A DNA stretch of 43,065 nt from Sphingopyxis sp. (GTDB taxonomy: Bacteria; Pseudomonadota; Alphaproteobacteria; Sphingomonadales; Sphingomonadaceae): contig NZ_DASWTD010000411.1 of NCBI RefSeq assembly GCF_036402335.1, positions 1-43,065 of the forward strand, given 5' to 3'. The position numbers were made by a program, and so were the translations under genes. Shown piece after piece: positions 1 to 10,733 of this stretch. Every line of letters begins with the position of its first letter. The first letter of the stretch is position 1. The notes below the pieces were generated by a model. The model was given only the letters and a program-made list of their open reading frames with translations, had not been told where the DNA came from and ran no database searches.

Positions 1-56
1 TTGGGCGCGGCGGCCTTCTTGGCGGGAGCCTTCTTTTCAGCGGGAGCGGTAGCCAT
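1..56 (-). CDS. atpD: F1 ATP synthase subunit beta, N-terminal fragment (runs off the window)
   Basis: ATG at 56 reads MATAPAEKKAPAKKAAAP, with an AAGGAAG SD upstream. It lies directly after atpG, matching the canonical atpHAGDC order. Confidence 0.85.
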   Translation of the reverse strand, partial: MATAPAEKKAPAKKAAAP

Positions 57-80
57 TACGTTCTTCCTTGCTTGGATAGC

Positions 81-956
81 TTACAGCGCTTCGGCGCCGG
101 CAATGATTTCGATGAGTTCGGTGGTGATCGCCGCCTGACGCGTGCGGTTGTAAACGATGGTCAGCTTGTTGATCAGGTCGCCTGCGTTGCGCGTCGCATT
201 GTCCATCGCGGTCATCGACGCGCCCTGTTCGGACGCGGCGTTTTCAAGGAGGCCCTTGAAGATCTGGATCGTGATGTTGCGCGGGAGCAGGTCGGCGAGG
301 ATCGCTTCCTCATCGGGCTCATACTCGACCGCGGCGCCGCTCGATGCCGGAACGTCGACGGGGGCGGGAACGGGAATCAGCTGCTGGCCGGTCGCTTCCT
401 GAAGGAGCGCCGAACGGAACTTCGAATAAAAGAGATGCGCGACGTCGAAGACGCCGGCTTCGTACATCTCCATGACCTTTGCCGAAATTTCGTGCGCCTG
501 GTCGAAGCCGATGTCGCGGATACCGGTCGTCTCATAGAGCTCGGTAATCTGGCCTGCGAACAGGCGTGCGATCACCGGGCGGCCCTTGCGGCCGATCAGG
601 TAGAAGAGGACCTTCTTGCCCTGCGCCTGCAGCTCGAGCGCCTTGTCGCGCGCGGCCTTGACGATGTTCGAGTTGAACGCGCCCGCAAGACCGCGGTCGC
701 TGTTGAGCACGACCAGCAGGTGCGTGTCGCTCTTGCCGGTGCCCGCGAGCAACTGCGGCGCCGAATCCGACGCGCCGACCTTCGACGCGAGGCTGGCGAC
801 GACGCCTTCGAGACGCTCGGCATAGGGGCGCGCGGCCTCGGCCGCGGCCTGCGCCTTGCGAAGCTTGGCGGCCGCGACCATTTTCTTGGCCTTGGTGATC
901 TTCTGGGTCGATTTGACCGAGACGATGCGCCCTTTGAGTTCCTTCAACGAAGCCAT
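81..956 (-). CDS. atpG: F1 ATP synthase subunit gamma
   Basis: [24 protein letters not shown]-terminus; SDRGLAG; [24 protein letters not shown]-terminus. Confidence 0.98.
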   Translation of the reverse strand: MASLKELKGRIVSVKSTQKITKAKKMVAAAKLRKAQAAAEAARPYAERLEGVVASLASKVGASDSAPQLLAGTGKSDTHLLVVLNSDRGLAGAFNSNIVKAARDKALELQAQGKKVLFYLIGRKGRPVIARLFAGQITELYETTGIRDIGFDQAHEISAKVMEMYEAGVFDVAHLFYSKFRSALLQEATGQQLIPVPAPVDVPASSGAAVEYEPDEEAILADLLPRNITIQIFKGLLENAASEQGASMTAMDNATRNAGDLINKLTIVYNRTRQAAITTELIEIIAGAEAL

Positions 957-970
957 TTAAGCCCCTCTTT

Positions 971-993
971 GCGTCCCGGCCGGGCCGGGATGC
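971..993. other. Intergenic hairpin between atpA and atpG
   Basis: GCGTCCCGGC-CGG-GCCGGGATGC inverted repeat with no U-tract; possibly an mRNA stability element. Confidence 0.4.
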
Positions 994-1002
994 GGAAAGC
1001 GA

Positions 1003-2535
<1,533 letters not shown>

Positions 2536-3102
2536 TTAGCCTTTCATCGCCTGTGCGAAGCTATTGAGACGGGTACGGATGCTGCCGTCGATCAGCTGGC
2601 TGCCCAGCTGGACGACGAGGCCGCCGAGGATGGCGGGATCGACGGTCGTGTCGACGGTGACGTCGCGCCCGACACGGGATTTGAGGTTCGCGGTCAGCTC
2701 CTTGAGCTGCGCGGCCGAAAGCGGATGTGCGCTGGTGACCTTCGCGGTCACTTCGCCGCGGTGGTCGGCGACGATCGCGCTGAAGGCGTCGATCATCTTC
2801 GGCAGGTCGGCGAGGCGACGGTTCTCGGCGAGCACGCCGAGGAACTTCGCGGTCAGCGAATCGAGCTTCAGCGACTTGGCGACCGCAGCGATCGCCTTGG
2901 AGGCGTCGGCACGGCCGACGACCGGGCTGGCGATCAGCGCCGAGAGGTCGGCCGAATCGGCGAGGCCCGTCTTGAGGGTCGCAAGGCTCTTTGCCACCGC
3001 GTCGATCGCGTTCGATTCGCGAGCCAGATCGAACAGCGCGACCGCATAACGGCCCGCGAGGCCCGCCGTGATGTTGCCCTGAATGCCGCCGGAATTCTCC
3101 AC
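2536..3102 (-). CDS. atpH: F1 ATP synthase subunit delta
   Basis: AGRYAVALF...VDPAILGGLVVQLGSQLIDGS; GTG start; first gene of the operon. Confidence 0.96.
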   Translation of the reverse strand: MENSGGIQGNITAGLAGRYAVALFDLARESNAIDAVAKSLATLKTGLADSADLSALIASPVVGRADASKAIAAVAKSLKLDSLTAKFLGVLAENRRLADLPKMIDAFSAIVADHRGEVTAKVTSAHPLSAAQLKELTANLKSRVGRDVTVDTTVDPAILGGLVVQLGSQLIDGSIRTRLNSFAQAMKG

Positions 3103-3194
3103 GCGTGAAAGTCCTTTGCTACGATCCCGTGGGGGATGGGTCGCGCGCTTTTATGGGGAGATTCGTTGAATATCCCCCACGCGAAGTCGCGGCG

Positions 3195-3223
3195 CGCCTA
3201 GCAACGATTTTGCTGCAATGCAA
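3195..3223 (-). promoter_or_regulatory. Putative sigma70 promoter of the atp operon
   Basis: TTGCAT-17 nt-TAGGCG (GCTAG core typical of alphaproteobacterial -10 elements), about 90 nt upstream of atpH. Confidence 0.45.
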
Positions 3224-3306
3224 GGTGGGGGGACGATTGCTTTTGCCCCTTCGTGCGATAGGGACGGGCTGACAGAAAAATAAGGCCGCGACGGGAGGCA
3301 AAGAGC

Positions 3307-3984
3307 ATGGGCGAGATGATCCGGATGACGATGGACGACGGCGCCGAAATCGCGGTCTATCAAGCGCAACCGGCAGGCGGGCGCCGTGGCGGGCTTGTCC
3401 TCGTCCAGGAAATCTTCGGGGTCACCGACCATATCCGCGAGCTGTGCGACGAATATGCCGCCGATGGTTACGAGGTGCTCAGCCCGGCGCTCTTCGACCG
3501 CGAGCATCCGGGGTTCGAGAGCGACTATTCGGGACCGCAGTTCCAGCGTGCGGTGCAGTTGGCCCGCGAGCTCCATCCGTTCGAGCAGAGCTTGAAGGAT
3601 GCGCAGACGTGCATCGACGCGCTGAAAGGCAAAGGTCCGGTGTTCATCACCGGCTATTGCTATGGCGGCTCGGTCGCGTGGCGGATGGCGCAGACCAGCC
3701 CCGATCTCGCCGCATCCTCGGCCTATTATGGGAGCCTCGTGCCGACGATGTTCAGGGGCGAGGCACCGGCGTGCGCCACCATCGCCCATTTCGGACGCTT
3801 CGACGACGGCATCCCGATGGAGGGTGTCGAGGCGCTGGTCGCGAAGGATCACCCGACGGCGCAGGTGTTCATTTACGAGGCCGGCCACGGTTTCAACAGC
3901 GACCGGCGCAAGGATTATCATGAGCCGAGCGCCGACCTGGCGCGCGAGCGGACGCTGATGCTGTTCAGGGCGTGTGGCGGATGA
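3307..3984 (+). CDS. Dienelactone hydrolase family protein
   Basis: QEIFGV, GYCYGG nucleophile elbow, AGHGF catalytic His. Confidence 0.9.
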   Translation: MGEMIRMTMDDGAEIAVYQAQPAGGRRGGLVLVQEIFGVTDHIRELCDEYAADGYEVLSPALFDREHPGFESDYSGPQFQRAVQLARELHPFEQSLKDAQTCIDALKGKGPVFITGYCYGGSVAWRMAQTSPDLAASSAYYGSLVPTMFRGEAPACATIAHFGRFDDGIPMEGVEALVAKDHPTAQVFIYEAGHGFNSDRRKDYHEPSADLARERTLMLFRACGG

Positions 3985-4514
3985 GGCTGATATTCATTCA
4001 CGGGCCTGCCGCGAGCGGGAAGCTGACCGTGGCGCGCGAACTCGCGACATTGACCGGTTTGCCGCTGTTCCACAATCATCTGGTCGTCGATGCGCTGCTC
4101 GCGGTGTTTCCGTTCGGCAGCCCCGCCTTTGTCGAACTGCGCGAGCGGATATGGCTCGACGTTTTTCGCGCGGCGGCTGCCGAAGGCCGCTCGCTGATCT
4201 TCACCTTTCATCCCGAGGCGAGCGTCGCGCCCGACTTTCCCGCGCGTGTCGTCGCCGTCGTCGAGGCGGCGGGCGGTCGGGTCGATTTCGTCGGGCTGAC
4301 CTGCGCGCCCGAGGTCGTCGAAGCGCGGGTCGGGGCCGCATCGCGGCAGGCCAGCGGCAAATTGTCGTCGCTGGCGCTGCTGCGCGAACTCGAGGCAAAG
4401 GGCGCCTTTGCCTACCCCCCGATCCCGGCGGCGATCGAGATCGACACGGGCGCGGTCCAACCTGCCGAAGCGGCAACGCGGATCCGCGACGGCCTCGGGC
4501 TGCGCCAGGCGTGA
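3981..4514 (+). CDS. P-loop kinase (shikimate kinase-like/AAA family)
   Basis: MRLIFIHGPAASGKLT Walker A; ATGA overlap with the upstream stop. Confidence 0.8.
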   Translation: MRLIFIHGPAASGKLTVARELATLTGLPLFHNHLVVDALLAVFPFGSPAFVELRERIWLDVFRAAAAEGRSLIFTFHPEASVAPDFPARVVAVVEAAGGRVDFVGLTCAPEVVEARVGAASRQASGKLSSLALLRELEAKGAFAYPPIPAAIEIDTGAVQPAEAATRIRDGLGLRQA

Positions 4515-5302
4515 AAATCGCGATCAACCTGCTGATCTTCGCGCTCGTCGTTGCGCTTGCCGTCACCCTGCTGCTCTATACGCAGCAGCGCCGTATCCTT
4601 TTCCCGGCGCCGTCCGGCTATCCGACGGAGGCGCCCACGGGATTCCGGCTCGTCTATACCCGGACCGACGACGGCTTGCGGCTCTCGGCCTTCTATCGTC
4701 CGGCGATGCCGGGGAAGAAGACGATCCTCTTTTTCCACGGCAACGGCGACAATATGCTCGGCGCGATCGAGGCGACGCGCGGGCCGGCGGCGGCAGGGTA
4801 CGGGCTGATGCTCGCCGAATATCGCGGCTATGGCGGCAATCCCGGGTCGCCCGACGAGGCGGGGCTGTACCGTGACGGCGAGGCGGCGATTCGCTGGCTT
4901 GCCGAGGCGGGCATCGCGCCGCGCGATATCGTCATCGTCGGCAATTCGGTCGGTTCGGGGCCGGCGACGGAGATGGCGGTGCGGCACCATGTCGCGGCGC
5001 TGATACTCGTCTCGGGATTTTCCAGCCTGCCCGAGGTCGTGCGGAGCCAGGTGCCGATGACCGGATGGCTCGTTCGCGACCGGTTCGACAATATGGCGAA
5101 GCTCGCACGGGTGACGGCGCCAGTGTTCCTGCTGCACGGCGATGCCGATACGCTGGTGACGCCCGACAATCTGACGCGGTTGCGGCGCGTCCGGCCCGAT
5201 GCGACCGCCGTACTGGTCGCCGGGGCGGGACATGAGCTGGCCTATACCGCGCCGGCGCAGGCGATCCTTGCGGACTGGATCGACGGATTGCGGGCGCCGT
5301 AG
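4511..5302 (+). CDS. Alpha/beta hydrolase with N-terminal membrane anchor (ABHD13/17-like)
   Basis: GTG start overlapping the upstream TGA; FFHGNG, EYRGYG, GNSVG, LHGDAD and AGH motifs. Confidence 0.88.
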   Translation: MKIAINLLIFALVVALAVTLLLYTQQRRILFPAPSGYPTEAPTGFRLVYTRTDDGLRLSAFYRPAMPGKKTILFFHGNGDNMLGAIEATRGPAAAGYGLMLAEYRGYGGNPGSPDEAGLYRDGEAAIRWLAEAGIAPRDIVIVGNSVGSGPATEMAVRHHVAALILVSGFSSLPEVVRSQVPMTGWLVRDRFDNMAKLARVTAPVFLLHGDADTLVTPDNLTRLRRVRPDATAVLVAGAGHELAYTAPAQAILADWIDGLRAP

Positions 5303-5367
5303 CTCAATCATATGGTAACCCGCGCCGGGCATGATCGGCACCGACGTCCATTCGCGGAGTGCCCGTC

Positions 5368-5919
5368 ATGCTGTGGCCCATCATCCTGCTTTCGGCAGCG
5401 ACGTTCGATCTCGATCCGGCATGGAAGCCGGCGCGCGATCCGCTGGTCGATGCGCGCGCGGGAAAGATCCAGTGCCACGATGCCGATCCCGCCGCGCGCA
5501 CCTGCCGCATCATGACCTGGCTCGGCGAAGGAGAGGGCGGCCGGGTGCAGGTGCGGCAGTTGACTGCGCTCAGCGACAGCCCCGCGCTGGCAGCGGAACT
5601 GCGCATGGGTGCGACGCGCGAAGGCGCGGGGCTCTGCGGCGTGGTGAACGAGACCTATATGGCGAGCTTCCGCATCGTCAGCAGCCGCGCGCCCTACGTG
5701 CCGCTGAACGACAAGCGCTATTCGATCCTCTATCGCGACGCGCTCGTCGGGGCGCTCTGGAATCGCAAGACCTGCGCTTACGCCTATTCGCGCGCCGAGG
5801 ATGATTTGCAGCTCGAGGTCGGAACCGTCGACGGCCAGTTCGCCGGCGAGATGATGAGCAATTATATCTGGATCAGCCCCGGCGCGGGCTACCGGCTCAA
5901 GGCGCGGGTGCCGGCTTGA
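5368..5919 (+). CDS. Hypothetical exported protein with 4 Cys
   Basis: GGAG SD before the ATG at 5368; signal-peptide-like N-terminus; codon usage typical of the window's genes. Confidence 0.65.
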   Translation: MLWPIILLSAATFDLDPAWKPARDPLVDARAGKIQCHDADPAARTCRIMTWLGEGEGGRVQVRQLTALSDSPALAAELRMGATREGAGLCGVVNETYMASFRIVSSRAPYVPLNDKRYSILYRDALVGALWNRKTCAYAYSRAEDDLQLEVGTVDGQFAGEMMSNYIWISPGAGYRLKARVPA

Positions 5920-7438
5920 TCGCCGGCCTCGAAGCGGGCTGGCAGCGATAGACGAGCCGTTCGTTCGGGCTGGCGGGCAGCGCGCTGCGGATCGCGTCCT
6001 GCTGCGCCGCGAGCCCCGCCAGTTCGTCGGGGTTGGCGGTGCAGCTCTTGAGCGTGACCGTCGCGCGCGTCTCGCGCGCCTTCGTCATCGTTTCGGCATC
6101 GAGCAGATAGCGGTCGACGCGATAGTCGCGCCCGGTCGCATCGATCGATGCGACGGTGACCGTGGCTTCCTCGTTGGGGACGAGGATCCGCTGCCAGCGG
6201 TCGTCGGCGCCCTGCGTATACTGGGTACGGCCGTTGACGCAGCCCCCCTTGCCGATGGTGATCGGCACATCGGTCGTCGCCGACACGGTGATGCGGCTGC
6301 GGTCGGGACGGATGGTGCAGAGGAAATTGCCCTGCGCGAGTTTCGGCTCAGTCGTCGCGGCCGTGGCGGCCACTTCTTCGGCGATTTCGGCGTGCGCATC
6401 GGGGCGCGTCGCGAACAGCACCGCCGCGCCGAGCATCAGCACCGCGCCGGCGCCGCCCGCGATCTTCGCATTGCGGATATTCTTCTGGTTGTAGAAGAGC
6501 AGCCCCGCGCCCGCGGCGAGCGCGCCGATCACGAAGAGGACGCCGGCGAGCGCGATGCGATTCTCGCGCGAGGCGAGCGCGTCTTCCTCGGCGCGCGCCT
6601 GCTTGAGTTCGCGGTCGAGCCGGGCGGCGGCGTCCTTTGCGGCATTGGCTTCGGCGCTGGCGCGCGATTCGGCATCCATCGCGGCGCGGTCGCGCGCGTC
6701 GGCTTCGGCGAGCGACAGGCACGGCGTGCCGATGCTCGCATAATCCTGTCCCGCGTCGGTCAGGAAGCGCGTGAGTTCGCGCCCCGCGATCGCGAAGGCA
6801 AAGGGCGAATCGCCGTCGTCGGCGCGCGTGATCGCGGTGTTGATGCCGGTGATGCGGCCGCACGCGTCGACCAGCGGGCCGCCCGAATTACCGCGCGAAA
6901 TCTTCGCGGTGTGGATCAGCATCGCGACGCCGTCGACCGCCTGCGTGTTCGACAGATTGCCTTCGCTGCGCGTCGGGGTGCGCGGGGTGATATAATCGTT
7001 GGCGCTGCGCGCGGTCGCGAGGTCGACATTGCCCGGATAGCCCAATGCCACGACATCGGCGCCCGAATCGAGCGGGCCGGTGTAGATCGCGGCGGCGGGC
7101 AGGCGGCCCTCGGTAATCTCGACCAGCGCGAGGTCGCGTGCGGTGTCGATCGCGATCAGCTTGCCCGCATAGCTTTTCTGTCCTTCCGACGGGACGACGC
7201 CGAGCGCGACATTGCCCGGATATTTGGCCGCCGATTCGACGACATGCGCGTTCGTGACGATTCGTGTGGGCGAGATCGCGATGCCGCTGCCATGGCCGAA
7301 GCCGACAACCTCGCCATCGACCATGGCGACGGTGACGACGCGCACGACGCTGCGCGACGCGGCGCTGATGTCGTCGGCGGCGCGGGCCGGGACAGCGAGG
7401 GTAAAGAGAGCGAGCAGCAGCGCGAGAAGGCGAGTCAT
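5897..7438 (-). CDS. Trypsin-like (S1) serine protease with coiled coil, two TM helices and a C-terminal domain
   Basis: Signal peptide MTRLLALLL; TNAHVV (His), DLAL (Asp), GNSGGP (Ser). The 3' part of the 1000-aa ORF is the real gene. Confidence 0.88.
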   Translation of the reverse strand: MTRLLALLLALFTLAVPARAADDISAASRSVVRVVTVAMVDGEVVGFGHGSGIAISPTRIVTNAHVVESAAKYPGNVALGVVPSEGQKSYAGKLIAIDTARDLALVEITEGRLPAAAIYTGPLDSGADVVALGYPGNVDLATARSANDYITPRTPTRSEGNLSNTQAVDGVAMLIHTAKISRGNSGGPLVDACGRITGINTAITRADDGDSPFAFAIAGRELTRFLTDAGQDYASIGTPCLSLAEADARDRAAMDAESRASAEANAAKDAAARLDRELKQARAEEDALASRENRIALAGVLFVIGALAAGAGLLFYNQKNIRNAKIAGGAGAVLMLGAAVLFATRPDAHAEIAEEVAATAATTEPKLAQGNFLCTIRPDRSRITVSATTDVPITIGKGGCVNGRTQYTQGADDRWQRILVPNEEATVTVASIDATGRDYRVDRYLLDAETMTKARETRATVTLKSCTANPDELAGLAAQQDAIRSALPASPNERLVYRCQPASRPAIKPAPAP

Positions 7439-7479
7439 GGCGCGGACCCTAGTCGCTCGCGGCACGAAGGCAAGCGGCG

Positions 7480-8301
7480 CTAGATGTAAGGGCCCCACAT
7501 GATTATCCACGCGCCCGCGCTGCCGGCGAGGATGACGAGGCCGCTGAAGCCCAGCAGGATCGCGACGCCCTTTTTCGCCGCCGGCGTGCCGTGCGCCCCG
7601 GCGCGCAGATAAAGCTCGGCGAGTGCGAGCGGGATCAGCGAGCTGGCGAAGGCGAGGAAGAGATCGAAGGGCCCGTCCAGCGCCTTGCCGATCCCCGCGC
7701 CGCCGGTCGCCATGCCCCACGCCATATAGGCGACGCGCATGAACCAGACCGCCGATGCGACCGCGAACAGGCGCAGCGCCCAGCGGCGATGCTCGATGAA
7801 TCGGCGCGCGCGGGCAGCGCGGTAGGCAAGCGCGGCGAAGGCGAGGATGAGCAAGGCGTCGAGCGTGATGCCGATCGCGCCTGCGAGTACGAGCCAGGTC
7901 TGGCGTACCCAGGTAAGCCACAGCCCGCCGAGCGCGAGCATCAGCGCGCTGACGAGGTAAAGCCGCCCGTTCCAGCGGTGCACCGCGGGCCAGCGGGTGC
8001 GGATCGCGGGGACGAGCTGGACGAGCCCGCCGAAGGTGATGACCGCTGCCATCAGCACATGCACCGCAAAGAAGAGGTTGCCCGCGGTGTCGCCCGCGAC
8101 GAAGCCCTTGATCAGCGGCTTGTCGTTCCAGCCTGCAAAATCGCCCGAAAGCGACGGGGGGTAATAGAAGAGCAGGATGAAGACGGTGAAGAGCAGCTGT
8201 CCCGCGGCGATCGCCAGATAGCAGAAGGTCGCGCCGCGCCCGAGCCAGTCGATACGGCTGGCGGGCCGTGCCGATACGATCGATGCGTCGATACTCGCCA
8301 T
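7480..8301 (-). CDS. DUF2306-like integral membrane protein
   Basis: Multiple TM segments; HRWNGRLY and HRRWALRL motifs; GGGGAGG SD. Confidence 0.75.
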   Translation of the reverse strand: MASIDASIVSARPASRIDWLGRGATFCYLAIAAGQLLFTVFILLFYYPPSLSGDFAGWNDKPLIKGFVAGDTAGNLFFAVHVLMAAVITFGGLVQLVPAIRTRWPAVHRWNGRLYLVSALMLALGGLWLTWVRQTWLVLAGAIGITLDALLILAFAALAYRAARARRFIEHRRWALRLFAVASAVWFMRVAYMAWGMATGGAGIGKALDGPFDLFLAFASSLIPLALAELYLRAGAHGTPAAKKGVAILLGFSGLVILAGSAGAWIIMWGPYI

Positions 8302-8356
8302 CACGACCTCCCCGTTTCCGGCAGCGAATGTGCGCGCTCCGCCAAGGTGAGTCAAT

Positions 8357-8376
8357 GATATAATACAGTAATACAG
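8357..8376 (-). promoter_or_regulatory. Putative operator (tandem TAATACAG repeat, YtrA/GntR-like)
   Basis: TAATACAG at 8361-8368 and 8369-8376 in an AT-rich patch between divergent genes. Confidence 0.4.
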
Positions 8377-8467
8377 TTGGGCGAATGTTTGAACGCAAGC
8401 ATCGGGACGCGGCGCGATGCGGAGCATGGCATTGAAGGCTGGCAGCCGCGAAAGGATGTTTGTTTCG

Positions 8468-8932
8468 ATGACCTATTCGATCGAGGGGCTCAGCCCCGAA
8501 AAATTCGCCCCGCTCTTCGCGCTCGATGATGCCGGGCTCGCCGCGATCAACGCGCGCCGCCTCACCGCGACCGCCGACCGCGGCTTTCCGTGCCGTGTCA
8601 GCCTGGAGGACGCGAAGGCGGGCGAGGAACTGATCCTGCTTCATCACACGAGCCACGATGTCGCGACGCCGTATCGCAGCGCCTATGCGATCTATATCCG
8701 GCCGCATGTCACCGCCGCGCGTTATCGCGACGAGGTGCCGCCGGTGTTCGCGGGCCGCTCGCTTGCGCTGCGCGCCTTCGACGCGGACGGCATGCTGCGG
8801 ACCGCGCGGCTGGCGGGACCGGGCGAGGCCGATGGCGCGATCCGCGACCTGTTCGCTGACGACGCCATATCCTATATCGATGCCCACAACGCCGCGCACG
8901 GTTGTTTCGCCGCGCGGATCGAGAGGAATTGA
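8468..8932 (+). CDS. DUF1203 domain protein
   Basis: GFPCRVSLEDA..GEELILL, PYRS, HNAAHGCFAARIER motifs. Confidence 0.85.
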   Translation: MTYSIEGLSPEKFAPLFALDDAGLAAINARRLTATADRGFPCRVSLEDAKAGEELILLHHTSHDVATPYRSAYAIYIRPHVTAARYRDEVPPVFAGRSLALRAFDADGMLRTARLAGPGEADGAIRDLFADDAISYIDAHNAAHGCFAARIERN

Positions 8933-8934
8933 CC

Positions 8935-9969
8935 ATGAACTTCAAGGCCATGACCGACGACGAGCGTTGGGACGCGGTGCAGGCGCGCGACAAGGCGCAG
9001 GACGGCCGCTTCGTCACCGGGGTGCTTACCACCGGCATCTATTGCCGGCCAAGCTGCGCCGCGCGCCATCCCCTGCGCCAGAATGTCCGCTTCTTTCCCG
9101 ACGGCGACGCGGCGCGCGCGACCGGGCTCCGGCCGTGCAAGCGCTGCCTGCCCGACGATGTTGCGCGCGACGAAAATGCCGTGATCAAGGCGATTGCGGC
9201 GATCAAGGGCAGCGAGGAGCCGCTCGCGCTCGCCGATCTGGCGCGCCGCACCGGTTATTCGCCGACGCATTTCCAGCGCGTCTTCACGCGCCACACCGGC
9301 CTGTCGCCCGCGGCCTATGCTCGCGCGCTACGCGACGAACGCGCACGACAGGCACTCAGCGAGGGCAGCCGGGTGACCGACGCGATTTACGACGCGGGCT
9401 TTTCGGGGCCGTCGCGCTTTTACGGGAATATGGAAGGGCGCATGGGAATGACCGCGTCGGCGTGGGTGAACGGCGGGAAGGGCGCGACGATCCACTGGGC
9501 GGTCGTGCCGACCAGCCTCGGCGAGATGCTGGTCGCGGCGACCGGGAAGGGCGTGTGCCGCCTGTCGTTCGCCGAAGGACGCGAGGCGCTGGAAGAGCGT
9601 TTCCCGGCCGCCGATCTGGTCGAGGGGGGCGAGGAGTTTTCGGCATTGCTGAAACAGGTGATCGCCGCGGTCGAGGCACCCGTGAACGGCTTCGACCATA
9701 TTCCGATCGACGTGAAGGGTACCGCCTTTCAGGAAGCCGTGTGGCGCGAACTCAGGAAGATACCCGCGGGCGAGACGCGCAGCTATTCGGACATCGCCGC
9801 CGCGGTCGGGAAGCCGAACGCGGTGCGCGCGGCGGGCAGCGCCAATGGCGCGAACAATGTCGCGGTGCTGATCCCGTGCCACCGCGTGGTGCGCAGCGAC
9901 GGGACGCTCGGCGGCTACGCCTATGGTCTGCCGATCAAGGAAGAATTGCTGAAGAGGGAGAGTTTTTGA
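8935..9969 (+). CDS. ada: Bifunctional Ada transcriptional activator / O6-methylguanine-DNA methyltransferase
   Basis: CRPSC...RPCKRC Zn site, AraC-type HTH, IPCHRV active site. Confidence 0.95.
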   Translation: MNFKAMTDDERWDAVQARDKAQDGRFVTGVLTTGIYCRPSCAARHPLRQNVRFFPDGDAARATGLRPCKRCLPDDVARDENAVIKAIAAIKGSEEPLALADLARRTGYSPTHFQRVFTRHTGLSPAAYARALRDERARQALSEGSRVTDAIYDAGFSGPSRFYGNMEGRMGMTASAWVNGGKGATIHWAVVPTSLGEMLVAATGKGVCRLSFAEGREALEERFPAADLVEGGEEFSALLKQVIAAVEAPVNGFDHIPIDVKGTAFQEAVWRELRKIPAGETRSYSDIAAAVGKPNAVRAAGSANGANNVAVLIPCHRVVRSDGTLGGYAYGLPIKEELLKRESF

Positions 9970-10727
9970 TGTCCGACAAAATTGCCGAATTCCGGGCGCT
10001 GCATGTCCCCGGCGACCCGCTGATCCTGATCAACATCTGGGATGCGGGAAGCGCGAGGGCGGTTTCGGCCACCGGTGCAAAGGCGATCGCGACGGGGAGC
10101 TTCGGCGTCGCCGGCGCGCAGGGCCGCGCCGATGGCGAGGATTTCCCGATCGAGGATGTCTTCGAAAATCTCGCGCGCATCCTGTCGGTCACCGACCTGC
10201 CCGTGACGATCGACATGGAAGCGGGCTATGGCGCCGATCCGGCGGCGGTCGGCGTGTCGGTCGCCCGGGCGAGGGATGCCGGCGCGGCGGGGATCAATAT
10301 GGAGGACCGCCTGCCGGGCGCGACCGGACTGCTGCCGATTGCCGAAGCCGTCGCGCGCTACCGCGCCGCAACCGACACCGGCATTTTCGTCAATGCGCGC
10401 TGCGACACGTTTCGCGGGGCCGATGCGGCGAAGGATGGGGACAGCCTCGTCGCCGCGACGCTCGAACGCGCGCGCGCCTATGCCGATGCCGGCGCGGGAT
10501 CGCTGTTCGTGCCCTTCCTGCTCGATCCGAAATGCATCGGCGCGATCTGCGAGGCGTCACCGCTGCCGGTCAATATCCTGCGCGGCAAGGGCGGCCCGAC
10601 GCACAGGGAACTCGCGAACCTTGGTGTTGCGCGGATCAGCCACGGGCACCAGCCATGGGCCGCGGCGATGGCATGGCTGGCGGGGCAGGCCGGACAGGTG
10701 CTGGCGGGTGGCGAACCCGATTACTGA
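9969..10727 (+). CDS. Isocitrate lyase/PEP mutase family protein
   Basis: NIWDAGSA, IDMEAGYG, INMED and FVNARCD motifs; TGATG overlap with ada. Confidence 0.88.
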   Translation: MSDKIAEFRALHVPGDPLILINIWDAGSARAVSATGAKAIATGSFGVAGAQGRADGEDFPIEDVFENLARILSVTDLPVTIDMEAGYGADPAAVGVSVARARDAGAAGINMEDRLPGATGLLPIAEAVARYRAATDTGIFVNARCDTFRGADAAKDGDSLVAATLERARAYADAGAGSLFVPFLLDPKCIGAICEASPLPVNILRGKGGPTHRELANLGVARISHGHQPWAAAMAWLAGQAGQVLAGGEPDY

Positions 10728-10733
10728 TCTGCT

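Noticed and set aside
7439-8899. Apparent N-terminal half of a 1000-aa ORF
   Set aside because: An off-frame read-through across the DUF2306 and DUF1203 genes. The real protease starts at 7438 with a signal peptide.
8658-9968. Apparent fusion or extension upstream of the PEP mutase (similarly 3974-4510, 35943-37307, 15786-16415)
   Set aside because: Alternative frames overlapping genuine upstream genes; the true starts overlap the upstream stop codons.
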